This document shows positions 9,377 through 18,626 of a DNA stretch of 64,000 nucleotides, piece by piece. The DNA comes from Candidatus Nanoarchaeia archaeon (GTDB taxonomy: Archaea > Nanobdellota > Nanobdellia > Woesearchaeales > ARS49). Every line of letters begins with the position of its first letter. Positions within the stretch are counted from its first letter, which is position 1. The DNA is taken from positions 55,449 through 119,448 of the forward strand of contig JBGPSD010000002.1 in NCBI GenBank assembly GCA_041489925.1, written 5' to 3'. Made by a program: the position numbers and the translations under genes. The notes beneath the pieces were generated by a model, which was not told the DNA's origin, did no database searches, and saw nothing but the letters and a program-made list of their open reading frames with translations.

Positions 9377-9871
9377 ATGAAAAAGGGAGTGGTATTGGCA
9401 ATATTGTTATTGCTGGCAGTGCCTGCTGTTTTTGCAGTTAGCGCAACAGGCTCAACAAGCCAGTGCAAAGTACGCACAGACTGTTACCTGCTTATGCAAA
9501 AAACGCAGGTAACGTGCCCTCAGGGTTATATCCGCAATTACTCGCCTGACTGCGATGCAGGCAAGTGCGAGTTCTGCAAGCCAGCATCAGGAAGAATTAT
9601 CATTGACTGCAGGCTGGACGCGGACTGCACGACAAAGACAAGGTGCACCGCAGGGCTGTTTTCCCGCTGCCTCGGCAGCAAGTGCATCTGCACATCGCAG
9701 GCAAAGCCTGATTGCGTGACTAACAACGACTGCACCAGGAAGTTTTTGGGCAACACGCGCCAGAAGCTCTTCTGCGTGCGCAGCAAGTGCATTACCCCAA
9801 AACCTGCAATTACGATGTTGCCATGGGCTGCAAGGCCGCTGAACTATACAACGGCCATGCCAAGGGCTTAA
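9377..9871 (+). CDS. Secreted Cys-rich repeat protein
   Basis: Signal peptide; three CxxxxDC...C units (CKVRTDC, CRLDADC, CVTNNDC); BRE/TATA GAAAAGCATTTATA near 9340. Confidence 0.75.
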   Translation: MKKGVVLAILLLLAVPAVFAVSATGSTSQCKVRTDCYLLMQKTQVTCPQGYIRNYSPDCDAGKCEFCKPASGRIIIDCRLDADCTTKTRCTAGLFSRCLGSKCICTSQAKPDCVTNNDCTRKFLGNTRQKLFCVRSKCITPKPAITMLPWAARPLNYTTAMPRA

Positions 9872-9921
9872 GAAAATCCAATTAAGCCTGACGCTGATTC
9901 TTGGCGATAGTCGCAGCTTTT

Positions 9922-11802
9922 TTACTGCGTTATCAGCACTTCAACATCCCTGCCGAAGATTTTCTTGAGCGACTCAAAGACAGGCTCCCTGATGAAAACC
10001 TTTGGTGGTATTGCTATCTTTGCCAGCGCTTTCTCGTATTCCTCCCAGGAGCTTGGCTCAAGCGGTCCAAGAGAGCCGTCGCGGTTTATCGCAGCCTTCT
10101 CAATGACCTTTTCAGGCGCGTCAAGGTTCCTGACAACAAATGCTATGCTGCCAAGCAGGGTGACTTCTCCGAACTTTTCACCTATCTTGACCCTGACTTT
10201 TGTCTGCTCAAGCTCGCGTCCGCGCTTGCGCTGCAAATACTCAACCATGAACTTGACAAGCTCAGAAGCGCTCTTGCGCGCCTGCTCAATGTCAGTCTTG
10301 GTCAGCTTGCCTGCGTCATACGCCTTCTTTGCGGCTATGAAGTCATTAAACAGCCTGAGGAATTTTGCAGGAACCTTGCCTGTTGAGATGAGCTTGTCCT
10401 CAAAAGTGCTGATAAGCTCTGCCTCCTCCACCTTTTCCTCTCCCTCTGACCTCAGCACGTCGCGGGTTACCGTCGTGAGGGTCTCGTAGATGTTGAGTAT
10501 TGTCTCTTCCTCCTTGTTCTTCTCAATCTGGCCGAAGAGCTTTTTGAGGCGCTTCATGTACTTTTCAGAGTCATCAACCAGCTTGTCAAGCTCTTTTCCT
10601 GTGACTTCCTTCTTTACGCCGTGCTCAATGTCCTTCCTTGTCTGGATGACATTCTCAAGCATCTTGACGTATTCCTCTTCAAGGAGCCTTTCTTTTTTCA
10701 CAAAAATCTCCCTGAGGACTTCGCAGGTTTCCTTTGGCGCAGGCGGCGGGACTCCGTAGAGCATAAGCGCTGCCTGTGTCGGTGTGAGGATGCTCCAGAA
10801 GAAATCCTCTGTCGCGATGTCCTTAAACTTGAACTTGATGCGCTCAAGCCCCTGCTCCCCTGTGCTCATGTACATGTCAATCGCTTCAGGCGACGGCTTG
10901 ATTTTGCCCATCTTCAGAAGCTGCTTCCATGGCATGAAGATTCCGCGGTCAAAGAACGGCACTCCGTCGCGGAGGAAGGTGAACATAACCGGGTTCGCCT
11001 CCCTTATCGCGTCCCAGAAGTCTGTCAAAATGTAGGTTTGGATGTTTATCTTGTTCTTGATTCCGGTTATGTCGCCGGCGTCCATTCCCATGTTTATGAT
11101 TATCGCGCGGAGCTTGTCCTTAAGTTCGGCGCGCGTCATCTTCTTGACGTCTGTGTCATCTATTACTATGAAGACGTCAATGTCGCTTTCCTTTGTTGCC
11201 CTTCCTGTGACAATGCTTCCTGCGAGCACGTATGCAACAATGTATTTCTCAAACTTTTTCAGGACCATTGTCTTGTGGATTTCTGCAATCTTTATCGCGC
11301 CGAGCATTCCTGTGTCATAGACTGGCGCTGACATTGCTATCAATTGCAGCCAGTCATACTTTGCGTCATAGCAGTTCTGCCACAATTCAGTCAGGAGCAG
11401 TGTCTGCGGGACTATTGACGGGTCAATGTCCTTTGCAGTGCTGTCCATTATTGCGGTGAGCTTGTCCTTGAGCTCCTGCTTGGACATTTTTGACGGTTCT
11501 GTGTCATCAATCAGTACGAGAACATGATGCTTGTCCTTGATTTGCGCAAAGCGCTTCTGCTCTTCTGCAAGGATTTCCGGAGGCAGTTCTGCAGGAGGAG
11601 CCTTTGGCGGAGGCATCAGTGCGATTCCGACGATGTATTTGTCAAACTTTTCAACTGTTGATTTTTGGAACTTCTCGAGCTTTGCCTTCAGCTGCGCGAG
11701 TTTTTCGCGGACTTCAGGCGGCAGGCTTGCGTCCTGCGGCTGCTCTTCCTGTTTTGGTGCTTTCTTGTCTTCCTTTTTGTCTTTCTTTGCCATGATAATC
11801 AT
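9922..11802 (-). CDS. Pol-beta-family nucleotidyltransferase fused to HEPN-like domains, internally duplicated
   Basis: LAGSIVTGRATKESDIDVFIVIDD NTase motif; earlier degenerate copy; RKDIEH (R-x4-H) in a helical domain. Confidence 0.8.
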   Translation of the reverse strand: MIIMAKKDKKEDKKAPKQEEQPQDASLPPEVREKLAQLKAKLEKFQKSTVEKFDKYIVGIALMPPPKAPPAELPPEILAEEQKRFAQIKDKHHVLVLIDDTEPSKMSKQELKDKLTAIMDSTAKDIDPSIVPQTLLLTELWQNCYDAKYDWLQLIAMSAPVYDTGMLGAIKIAEIHKTMVLKKFEKYIVAYVLAGSIVTGRATKESDIDVFIVIDDTDVKKMTRAELKDKLRAIIINMGMDAGDITGIKNKINIQTYILTDFWDAIREANPVMFTFLRDGVPFFDRGIFMPWKQLLKMGKIKPSPEAIDMYMSTGEQGLERIKFKFKDIATEDFFWSILTPTQAALMLYGVPPPAPKETCEVLREIFVKKERLLEEEYVKMLENVIQTRKDIEHGVKKEVTGKELDKLVDDSEKYMKRLKKLFGQIEKNKEEETILNIYETLTTVTRDVLRSEGEEKVEEAELISTFEDKLISTGKVPAKFLRLFNDFIAAKKAYDAGKLTKTDIEQARKSASELVKFMVEYLQRKRGRELEQTKVRVKIGEKFGEVTLLGSIAFVVRNLDAPEKVIEKAAINRDGSLGPLEPSSWEEYEKALAKIAIPPKVFIREPVFESLKKIFGRDVEVLITQ

Positions 11803-12629
11803 GCCTCCACTAAGATTGGTTGTTCTGTGATTGTAAGCATTCCTTTTGCGAGCTGGACAAACGTTTCAAATGCGCTCGTTCCTGCCATTATTATCCTCTG
11901 CACAAAGTCAAATGCTATGTCGTGCAGCCCGTTGTTCGCGGGCTCAGGAAGGATGTTTTTACCGATTCCTGCGATGTTCCTCTCCCTTATCGTTTCCATC
12001 CACGCGAGTGAGAATGCGAATGCCTTTGCCTCCTCGTCGTGGGCGTTCTTCAGTGTTTTTGTAAGCACGTGGCCTATTTCGTGGCCGATTGTGAGCATCA
12101 GTTTGTCAAGCTGGTCTGCCCTTGCGAAAACCTGGCTTGCGCCCCTGCCGTTTGAGTTCAGGCTGAATCCCTGTATTCCCTCGCTCCATGAGCCGCTTGT
12201 TGACGCGTGCGCCTTCCTGAATTCCCGGTCATTAAGGACTTGCACAATGATGTCCTTTGGCAGCTCCTCGCCTGTTGTCGCCCTGAAAGCATCCTGTATG
12301 TATTCCTGTATTTCTGCAGCGTCGCCGACAAACCTTGCAGTGCTTCCTGCCTTGAGGAAAGTGTCTGCGACAAAGTAATTTCCTGGTGTGTGCAGGCTCA
12401 GGTAAGCCCCTTTTGCAGAGCTTGGAACATACTGCGGCAGTGCCATTGCTGGCTTCCCAACTGATTCGTGGCTCACTATGCTGTCAATTGAGGAGTGCGC
12501 ATACATTTGCTCTTTTGGGAAATATGACTGCTGGGCTCCTGAGTAGCTGCCTCCGTAAGAAGCAGCGCTCTGGCCGTAGCTGCTTGCGCCAGAGCTTCCA
12601 TATCCGCACGAGGAACCGCAGTAGCTCAT
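11799..12629 (-). CDS. HExxH zinc-metallopeptidase-like protein with Y/G/S-rich N-terminus
   Basis: TIGHEIGH...HDEEAKAFAF; ATGA overlap with the NTase gene. Confidence 0.7.
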   Translation of the reverse strand: MSYCGSSCGYGSSGASSYGQSAASYGGSYSGAQQSYFPKEQMYAHSSIDSIVSHESVGKPAMALPQYVPSSAKGAYLSLHTPGNYFVADTFLKAGSTARFVGDAAEIQEYIQDAFRATTGEELPKDIIVQVLNDREFRKAHASTSGSWSEGIQGFSLNSNGRGASQVFARADQLDKLMLTIGHEIGHVLTKTLKNAHDEEAKAFAFSLAWMETIRERNIAGIGKNILPEPANNGLHDIAFDFVQRIIMAGTSAFETFVQLAKGMLTITEQPILVEA

Positions 12630-12633
12630 TTTA

Positions 12634-12852
12634 CTACTTTACCTTTTCCTCCAATGGTTTCTTTGCTGATGCCTTCTTGGCTTCTGCCTCGAGGTCAACG
12701 CCAAGCTCTTTCAATGCCTTGACGTGCATCTGCATCAACTGCTCAACTATTGCGAGAAGCCTTCCGAGCTCCTGCCTCTCTTTTGCGAGAGTTGTCAGCG
12801 CTCCCTTGTGGAAGCCGACCTGTTCTGGTGAACTTTCAGTTTTCTTTGCCAT
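12634..12852 (-). CDS. Small helical hypothetical protein
   Basis: GGAGGT SD before ATG at 12852; 72 aa, coiled-coil-like. Confidence 0.75.
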   Translation of the reverse strand: MAKKTESSPEQVGFHKGALTTLAKERQELGRLLAIVEQLMQMHVKALKELGVDLEAEAKKASAKKPLEEKVK

Positions 12853-13015
12853 TTTATTACCTCCTATGTATGACATTAAAGTCACACTGCAGTGTAATAC
12901 GTGAATACAGAATATAAAGTTAATGGGACAAAAAAGTCATATTTGCTGATGTTACTACTGAATAGAAGCGAAAGTTTTATATTCTGCGGACAGTATGTTT
13001 ATAAGTGTGAGAAAC

Positions 13016-13513
13016 ATGACAATTTGCGTGGCAAACACGGTGTGCAGTACATTGGAAAGTTGCGTGTATGAGCGGCTTGCAAAGGAGATGGGTATTGACT
13101 CTTTTGACGAAGCGCCTTCTGCATCTGTGCCAAGGGCGCGTTCAGGCAGCAACGGTCGTGAAAAGCTTGAGTTCCTTGTGGATGCATCAGGTGCTGAGCA
13201 TTTGCGAATTAGCTCGTGTGGCGAGGCGCCGAAGCCATACTTGATTCTTACGGGAATGACGCCTTCTCCATCACAATATCGTTTGACTGTTTATGTGCCA
13301 AGTGATGCGTTCTCCGAATTTGAGGCAAAACACAGCAATCATCGGGAACATTCAAATCCGCTCCACAATCGCATTGCAGGCGGAATAAGCAATGCCTTGT
13401 ATCTCAGGACATTTCTCCTGAATCCTGATGCTCATTTTGATTTCCCTGTTGCACGTGAAGAACTTGGGCTAGTTGATGCAGAACTCGCAAGGAATTATTT
13501 AATTGATTCCTAG
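13016..13513 (+). CDS. Hypothetical protein
   Basis: ~165 aa ORF after TTTATAAG near 12998. Confidence 0.55.
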   Translation: MTICVANTVCSTLESCVYERLAKEMGIDSFDEAPSASVPRARSGSNGREKLEFLVDASGAEHLRISSCGEAPKPYLILTGMTPSPSQYRLTVYVPSDAFSEFEAKHSNHREHSNPLHNRIAGGISNALYLRTFLLNPDAHFDFPVAREELGLVDAELARNYLIDS

Positions 13514-14206
13514 TTCCTGGTGTTTGCCAATAATTGCAAAGACCCCTTTCTTGCCGTCCCAGGAAAACACAATCCTGTGGTCGCCAATAGGTGATGGCAA
13601 ATATGCATGAAGATATCCCTTCCATGCTCCCGTGAGAATTCTGTCTGTGACTCCTTTCACAAAAAGGCGGTTCTGCCCGACATAAATTCTGATTTTTTTT
13701 TCGATTCTGTCTATAATTTTGCTGTTTTGGGCATACACAGGCACAGACGCTTTTAATTCGAGGTACTTTTTTGTGTACTCAAATGGCGGCAGGTTGATTT
13801 CTTTTTTCGGATTCTCCAGGTCATGTATCAGGCTCAGCATTGCTGAAAGGATGTCAAGAAGGTCTTTGACCGGCTGCTTGAACTCGCCCTCGAGAAGTCC
13901 GCGCCAGGTTTCCGGGTCCTTGATAAACTCCTCATCACTTAACCCCTCCAAATTCTGTTTTGCAATATGCATCATGTTTGAAAAAATTGAAAGGAAGGAG
14001 TTCCATGAGGCAACAAACGCCTTTGTCTTGTCGGCGTTTACTGCTTCAAATACATCAGTTTTCTCCGAAATCTCCTCCTGCAGCGCATTCACTGTTTTCC
14101 GAACGAATTCAAAGGATTTTTTTGCATCTCTTATTTGCCCGTGGAGGAGGTATTTGTAGAAGTCTTCCAATCCTTTTTTGCAGGCATTCAATTTTTCTTC
14201 AATCAT
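13499..14206 (-). CDS. Helical protein with C-terminal RelE/YafQ-like domain
   Basis: C-terminal FEYTKKY...LTGAWKGYLHAYL...GDHRIVFSWD...IIGKHQEL pattern. Confidence 0.65.
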   Translation of the reverse strand: MIEEKLNACKKGLEDFYKYLLHGQIRDAKKSFEFVRKTVNALQEEISEKTDVFEAVNADKTKAFVASWNSFLSIFSNMMHIAKQNLEGLSDEEFIKDPETWRGLLEGEFKQPVKDLLDILSAMLSLIHDLENPKKEINLPPFEYTKKYLELKASVPVYAQNSKIIDRIEKKIRIYVGQNRLFVKGVTDRILTGAWKGYLHAYLPSPIGDHRIVFSWDGKKGVFAIIGKHQELGIN

Positions 14207-14256
14207 TCCTGCAGTAACATATTGTGTGTTAAAAAATGTTGTGGTTATTGTCGTTT

Positions 14257-15027
14257 TCAGAAGTCTATTCCGAGCTGCACAGCGCCCAGTATTACGTCAA
14301 TTTTTCCTTTTTCGCCGCCGAGCTCAACATTGTACTTTTCAACTCCGCCCATTACTCCGACGCGCAGCCCTTCTGTGATGGGGAAATCCACTCCGATTGT
14401 CCCTCTTTTGCCAAATCCCTTCCAGGAATATCTCTGTACTGGGCTCAGTTCAGAATACCTGTCGTGGCCTGATTCAAAGTCAAAGCCTCCGTATGGCATT
14501 CCTGCCTCTGCCCTGATTCTTAGGTCTCCGAGGTTTGCCTCTGCTATGATTGTTGGAATTATTGTGAACCATGTTGGTCTTAAATCAGAATACACAAATG
14601 AGCCGTCCTGCGGGGCTCTTTTGTCAGAGCTTTGCTGTTCACCCTGAAAAATTCCCTCTCTTTCTTTTGACGCGTGCAATGGGTTTATTCTCGCGTCAAG
14701 ACCTGCCCCAACTCTGAGCTCAGGGGTTCCAACTGACATCCCTGCGCCGCCCCTTACTGGAATGTCCCATCCTCTTTTAACTTCTGCTTTTGTTTCGCCT
14801 GAGAGGAACCAGTCATCAGGGTGCACAGGTGTTGTTTGTATTTTGTTGCCGAGCTTTGCGCGGTATTGCATGTATTCCATTCCGCCGCGAAGCTCACTCT
14901 CTACGTAAAATCCCTCCTTGTGCGCTTCCTCGCCCTGCTTGTAGTATCCTGCGCAGCCTGCAAGCGTGGCAGCTCCTGCGATTATTGCCGAATGCAAAAA
15001 GTTCCTGCAGATTTTGTCAAGTTTCAT
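14257..15027 (-). CDS. Lipoprotein-signal protein with beta-barrel-like alternating strands
   Basis: TLAG/C lipobox; amphipathic strands; ends VQLGIDF. Confidence 0.65.
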   Translation of the reverse strand: MKLDKICRNFLHSAIIAGAATLAGCAGYYKQGEEAHKEGFYVESELRGGMEYMQYRAKLGNKIQTTPVHPDDWFLSGETKAEVKRGWDIPVRGGAGMSVGTPELRVGAGLDARINPLHASKEREGIFQGEQQSSDKRAPQDGSFVYSDLRPTWFTIIPTIIAEANLGDLRIRAEAGMPYGGFDFESGHDRYSELSPVQRYSWKGFGKRGTIGVDFPITEGLRVGVMGGVEKYNVELGGEKGKIDVILGAVQLGIDF

Positions 15028-15118
15028 GAAAGACAGGGATGTATTCTGGGTTTATACGCGTGTGTTGCAGCAGTCCAGACAACGCCAGCTTTATAAGCAT
15101 AGAACCATATTATCTGAT

Positions 15119-15730
15119 ATGGGGAAAATCCTCAAAAGGCTTGCCTGGAGATGGAACAACCTGACATTTAGGGAATTCTTTGACAGCTATTCTCCTGGGG
15201 ACATCTGGCTTCCTGACATGAACCTGAGCAAGTATGACGAACTTGTCAGGAACAGCATCAAGCCTGACATCTGCCCAAAAGAAGGCAATCCTTTTGTTCT
15301 GATAAAGCCCAGCGGGATGTCTCTTGAGAAGGAGATAAAGAAGGTTATTTCCTTCAATGGAATCAAAATCGCAGAAGAGCAGGACATTTCTGACTATGTC
15401 CGGCTTGCGGCGAGCATTTACAGGTTCAAGCCAAGGCAGGGCAAGGATATCCCGCAGAATTATTTCTGGCTCGCATTTGAGGACATGAAAATGAGCCACA
15501 GGACAAAATGCCTTGTTCTTGACAAGGAGACTGTTAACCTGTCAAATCCGCACGACTTCAAGATTCCTCTCAGGCACGTCCTTGGTCCTATCAAGTTTTA
15601 CAGGATTCATTATTACGGTCAGAGCGATGTTGCTTTTGCCTCATTTGTGCACGTTCCTGACAAGCAGGACCTTGACAGGGAGTATTCTGTGCTGAAGAAT
15701 TACCTTGAGGTGCAGAATGCAAAACATTGA
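15119..15730 (+). CDS. Divergent nucleoside diphosphate kinase-like protein
   Basis: PFVLIKPSG (cf. TFxxIKPDG), RHVLG and FVHVPD...DRE (cf. IHGSD...ExE). Confidence 0.6.
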   Translation: MGKILKRLAWRWNNLTFREFFDSYSPGDIWLPDMNLSKYDELVRNSIKPDICPKEGNPFVLIKPSGMSLEKEIKKVISFNGIKIAEEQDISDYVRLAASIYRFKPRQGKDIPQNYFWLAFEDMKMSHRTKCLVLDKETVNLSNPHDFKIPLRHVLGPIKFYRIHYYGQSDVAFASFVHVPDKQDLDREYSVLKNYLEVQNAKH

Positions 15731-16766
15731 GGCACTGCACGCTTACAGCATAAACAATGCCCGCGCAGAAAAGCTTGCAAAATGCTTTTTGGAAAAAGTG
15801 CCTGCTTATGACGTTACCGGCAGGGGTGTTCTTTTCCTGACCGAGAGGTGCAATTTCAACTGCCTTTACTGCAAAAGGGCGCAGTACACCCAGCGCGATT
15901 TTGGCATTGATGAGGCAAAACAGGTTGTTGGCAGGCTTGCTGATTTCAAGTGCAAATACCTGCACCTGACTGGTGGCGAGGTGACAATATTTGACGGGCT
16001 TGATGAGATTGTCGCGACAGCGCAGGAGAGGGGAATGACCAGTTCGCTGTCAACAAATGGCACAGGAAGCCCTGAATTGTACAAGAAACTGGTTGAGAAC
16101 GGCGCAAAATTCTTTTACGTGACTCTTAACACCGACAATCAGTCAGAATGCGACCAGATGACCGGGAGAAAAAACACTTTTGAGCAGATTGTTGAAACAG
16201 TCGGCGGGCTTGTGGGCATGCGCGATGCAGGAAAGGGCGTTTACCTGACAATCAATGTTGTTGTGTGCGACAATAATATCTCGCGCATTGAGGATATTGC
16301 GAATTTTGTTTCAGGTCTTCGCCCTGATGATTTCAAGCTGATTCCAACAACAAGGTTGATGCACTCAATGACTGATGAGCAAAAGGCAAAAATAACGCAT
16401 CTTGCCGAGAAAAGCGGCGCCTTGAGGGAAAAATACAACTTTTTCAATTACCGCCTTGGGCATTTTGCAACAATGCGCGGCTTGAAGGACAAAAAGTATG
16501 CCGGAACAAGGTGCTATATCTGCATGGATGAGCGCGTTTATGGTCCTGAGCATTATTGGCCCTGTGATATTTATTTCAGGGAAAAAGGAAAACCATTGGG
16601 CAGGAGGTCTGAAAGCCTTGCTGCGCAGGCAGACCAGGCATTTGAATTCGCAATCAGGCGCAATCCCTCAGAAGACCCAATATGCAGGGAGTTCTGCTGT
16701 GACATAACAAGGGACTTTAACCTCGCAGTGCACGAAATGGTTAATGCGGGAATCAGGCAACCTTAA
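15717..16766 (+). CDS. Radical SAM protein with C-terminal Cys-rich domain
   Basis: CNFNCLYC, LTGGEV, STNG; C-terminal CYIC, WPC, CREFCC; GAGGTG SD; overlaps the upstream gene. Confidence 0.92.
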   Translation: MQNIEALHAYSINNARAEKLAKCFLEKVPAYDVTGRGVLFLTERCNFNCLYCKRAQYTQRDFGIDEAKQVVGRLADFKCKYLHLTGGEVTIFDGLDEIVATAQERGMTSSLSTNGTGSPELYKKLVENGAKFFYVTLNTDNQSECDQMTGRKNTFEQIVETVGGLVGMRDAGKGVYLTINVVVCDNNISRIEDIANFVSGLRPDDFKLIPTTRLMHSMTDEQKAKITHLAEKSGALREKYNFFNYRLGHFATMRGLKDKKYAGTRCYICMDERVYGPEHYWPCDIYFREKGKPLGRRSESLAAQADQAFEFAIRRNPSEDPICREFCCDITRDFNLAVHEMVNAGIRQP

Positions 16767-17253
16767 ACTGCCTGCCGATTATGTTGCCTTCGCGCTCCCT
16801 ATCAAACAAAACTTCGCTGTTTTCAATAAGATAGACCTGCCTTATCTTTGCTTCCAGTATCTCGTCCCAGCACCAATTGCAGCACCACCAGTGGCCCCAC
16901 AGGTAAAGGTCTGCATTTTCAGGATTGTGCCCGCTTTCTTTTGCATTTCTTATTCCCCTGAATTCGCTGTGGTTCTTCGGGTGGCATCCCTCGCACAATT
17001 CATAGCCATGACCGGTAGGTATTTTCAGCTTTTTTCTCTCGCACCCGTTTTTCTCGTGATAGTCTGTCCCATTTGCTCCACACCCAATTATTTCACTGCC
17101 TTTCACAATCACGGTTCCTGTGGAATGGACCTTGTCAAGCGACTCAAGCCTTGCGAATTCCATTGCCACCCTGATATAGAAATTGCTTGTAGGGACATAT
17201 TCAATTGTCCTGCCTTCAGGGATGTATGGGTAATCTATTTTTTTGGTATTCAC
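16753..17253 (-). CDS. Zn-dependent cytidine/dCMP deaminase-family protein
   Basis: TGTVIVK...IIGCGAN, HSE, WCCNWC. Confidence 0.85.
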   Translation of the reverse strand: MNTKKIDYPYIPEGRTIEYVPTSNFYIRVAMEFARLESLDKVHSTGTVIVKGSEIIGCGANGTDYHEKNGCERKKLKIPTGHGYELCEGCHPKNHSEFRGIRNAKESGHNPENADLYLWGHWWCCNWCWDEILEAKIRQVYLIENSEVLFDREREGNIIGRQFKVA

Positions 17254-17298
17254 TTCACTCCCCCTGGCGGTAGAGAACAGAGCGGTATTTATATTACT

Positions 17299-18588
17299 TC
17301 AGAAGTCGCCTAATCCGCGCTGGATTGGCTTTGCTGGCGTGTCTTGGATTTGCGCTGGCTTTATTTTCGGCTTTGGAACTGGAGCGTTTTCGTCAAATAT
17401 GGGGTGGCCGTATTCGCCGTCATAGCCAGGATGCCATTTTATTTCCTGTTTTCTGTTGCGGATTATGAGCTCAACTATTTTTGCATCAGTTGACTTTTTC
17501 AGCTCTTCTTCTGTTGCGTCAAGCAGGACTGCAAATTCGTTTCCAAACTTTCCAACAATATCATAGTATGCCTTGAATGTGTATTTTGATGCAACAGGGC
17601 TGCCGATTGCAGCTGAAATAAGCTCTGACAGCGGGATTAATCTGTGGAACGGCTTGAGGTTTGGCACTTTTTCATCTTCCTTGCGGTCAGCGAGCTCTTC
17701 AACCCGGTGCGCGACTCCGATTGTCAGTTCCTTTTTGCACACAGGGCATATTTTGTTCACTTTGTTTGCCTCTGCAGGGCTCATCACGATACCGCACAAT
17801 CTGTGGCCGTCATAGTGATACTTGCCTTCCTCTGGGAAAAACTCAATTGTTCCTGCAAGCCCTTCTCCGGTCCTTATTGCCTTGAGAATATTATTGTAAG
17901 TTAGCTCCTTGACATCAAAGACTGTTGCTTCCCTGCCAATCCTCCAGGGCCAGAATGAATGCATGTCTGAAGATGAGATGATGTTGATGTTGTCCAGCTG
18001 TGAAAGCCTGCGGTTCATTGCGGGGTCGCTGCTTATGCCTGTCTCAATTGCGTGCACGTGCTTTGTCTGGTCGTGGAAGCAGTCCTTGAGCGAGTCATAT
18101 CCGCTTTTGTCGCCGAATACGCCAAACCACGGAGTCCACGCGTGCGCAGGAATAACCTCAATGTCTTCTGATATTGAGCGGAGCATTGAAACAAAGTCAG
18201 CAGAGGAAATGTTGAATATTGGCCTTCCGTCATAATCAATCCTGCCTTTTTTTGAAAGCGCTTCAGTTATCTGGTCAACAACTTCCCTTGACGGCGCCAA
18301 AACAACGTGGTGCACGCGCCGTCCTTTGCCTGCATCGGTGTAAACCAAGGAAATTTCTGTCTGGTGGATGAATGGAAATCCTGTTTTTGTCTGGTAAACC
18401 CCTGTTCCTGGGATTTCAGTGAGTTCCTGCTTAAGCTCAGGGCCCCATTTAGGGTGCTGGAAGTCTCCTGTTCCAAGAAGACCAAGCCCTTTCAGCTTTG
18501 CATATTTCTCAAGGTTGGGAATGTCTGTCTGCTTTGAGCAGGCTCTTGAGAATCTGCTGTGAATGTGTAAATCTGCCACCACCTTCAT
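17299..18588 (-). CDS. Endonuclease Q family (PHP domain + Zn finger)
   Basis: ADLHIHSRFS, GTGDF, PAHAWTPWF, ETGISSD, SSSDMHS, GKYHYDGHRLC, CPVC, PGYDGEYG; start placed at ATG 18588. Confidence 0.9.
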   Translation of the reverse strand: MKVVADLHIHSRFSRACSKQTDIPNLEKYAKLKGLGLLGTGDFQHPKWGPELKQELTEIPGTGVYQTKTGFPFIHQTEISLVYTDAGKGRRVHHVVLAPSREVVDQITEALSKKGRIDYDGRPIFNISSADFVSMLRSISEDIEVIPAHAWTPWFGVFGDKSGYDSLKDCFHDQTKHVHAIETGISSDPAMNRRLSQLDNINIISSSDMHSFWPWRIGREATVFDVKELTYNNILKAIRTGEGLAGTIEFFPEEGKYHYDGHRLCGIVMSPAEANKVNKICPVCKKELTIGVAHRVEELADRKEDEKVPNLKPFHRLIPLSELISAAIGSPVASKYTFKAYYDIVGKFGNEFAVLLDATEEELKKSTDAKIVELIIRNRKQEIKWHPGYDGEYGHPIFDENAPVPKPKIKPAQIQDTPAKPIQRGLGDF

Positions 18589-18626
18589 AACATCGTCAGC
18601 GAAATCAGTAATATAAAATACTTGCG

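Noticed and set aside
15717..16766. Calling the radical SAM enzyme viperin or MoaA
   Set aside because: Lacks the viperin NxHx4CNxxCxFCF context and the MoaA CxxCNR and terminal GG; has a different Cys-rich tail.
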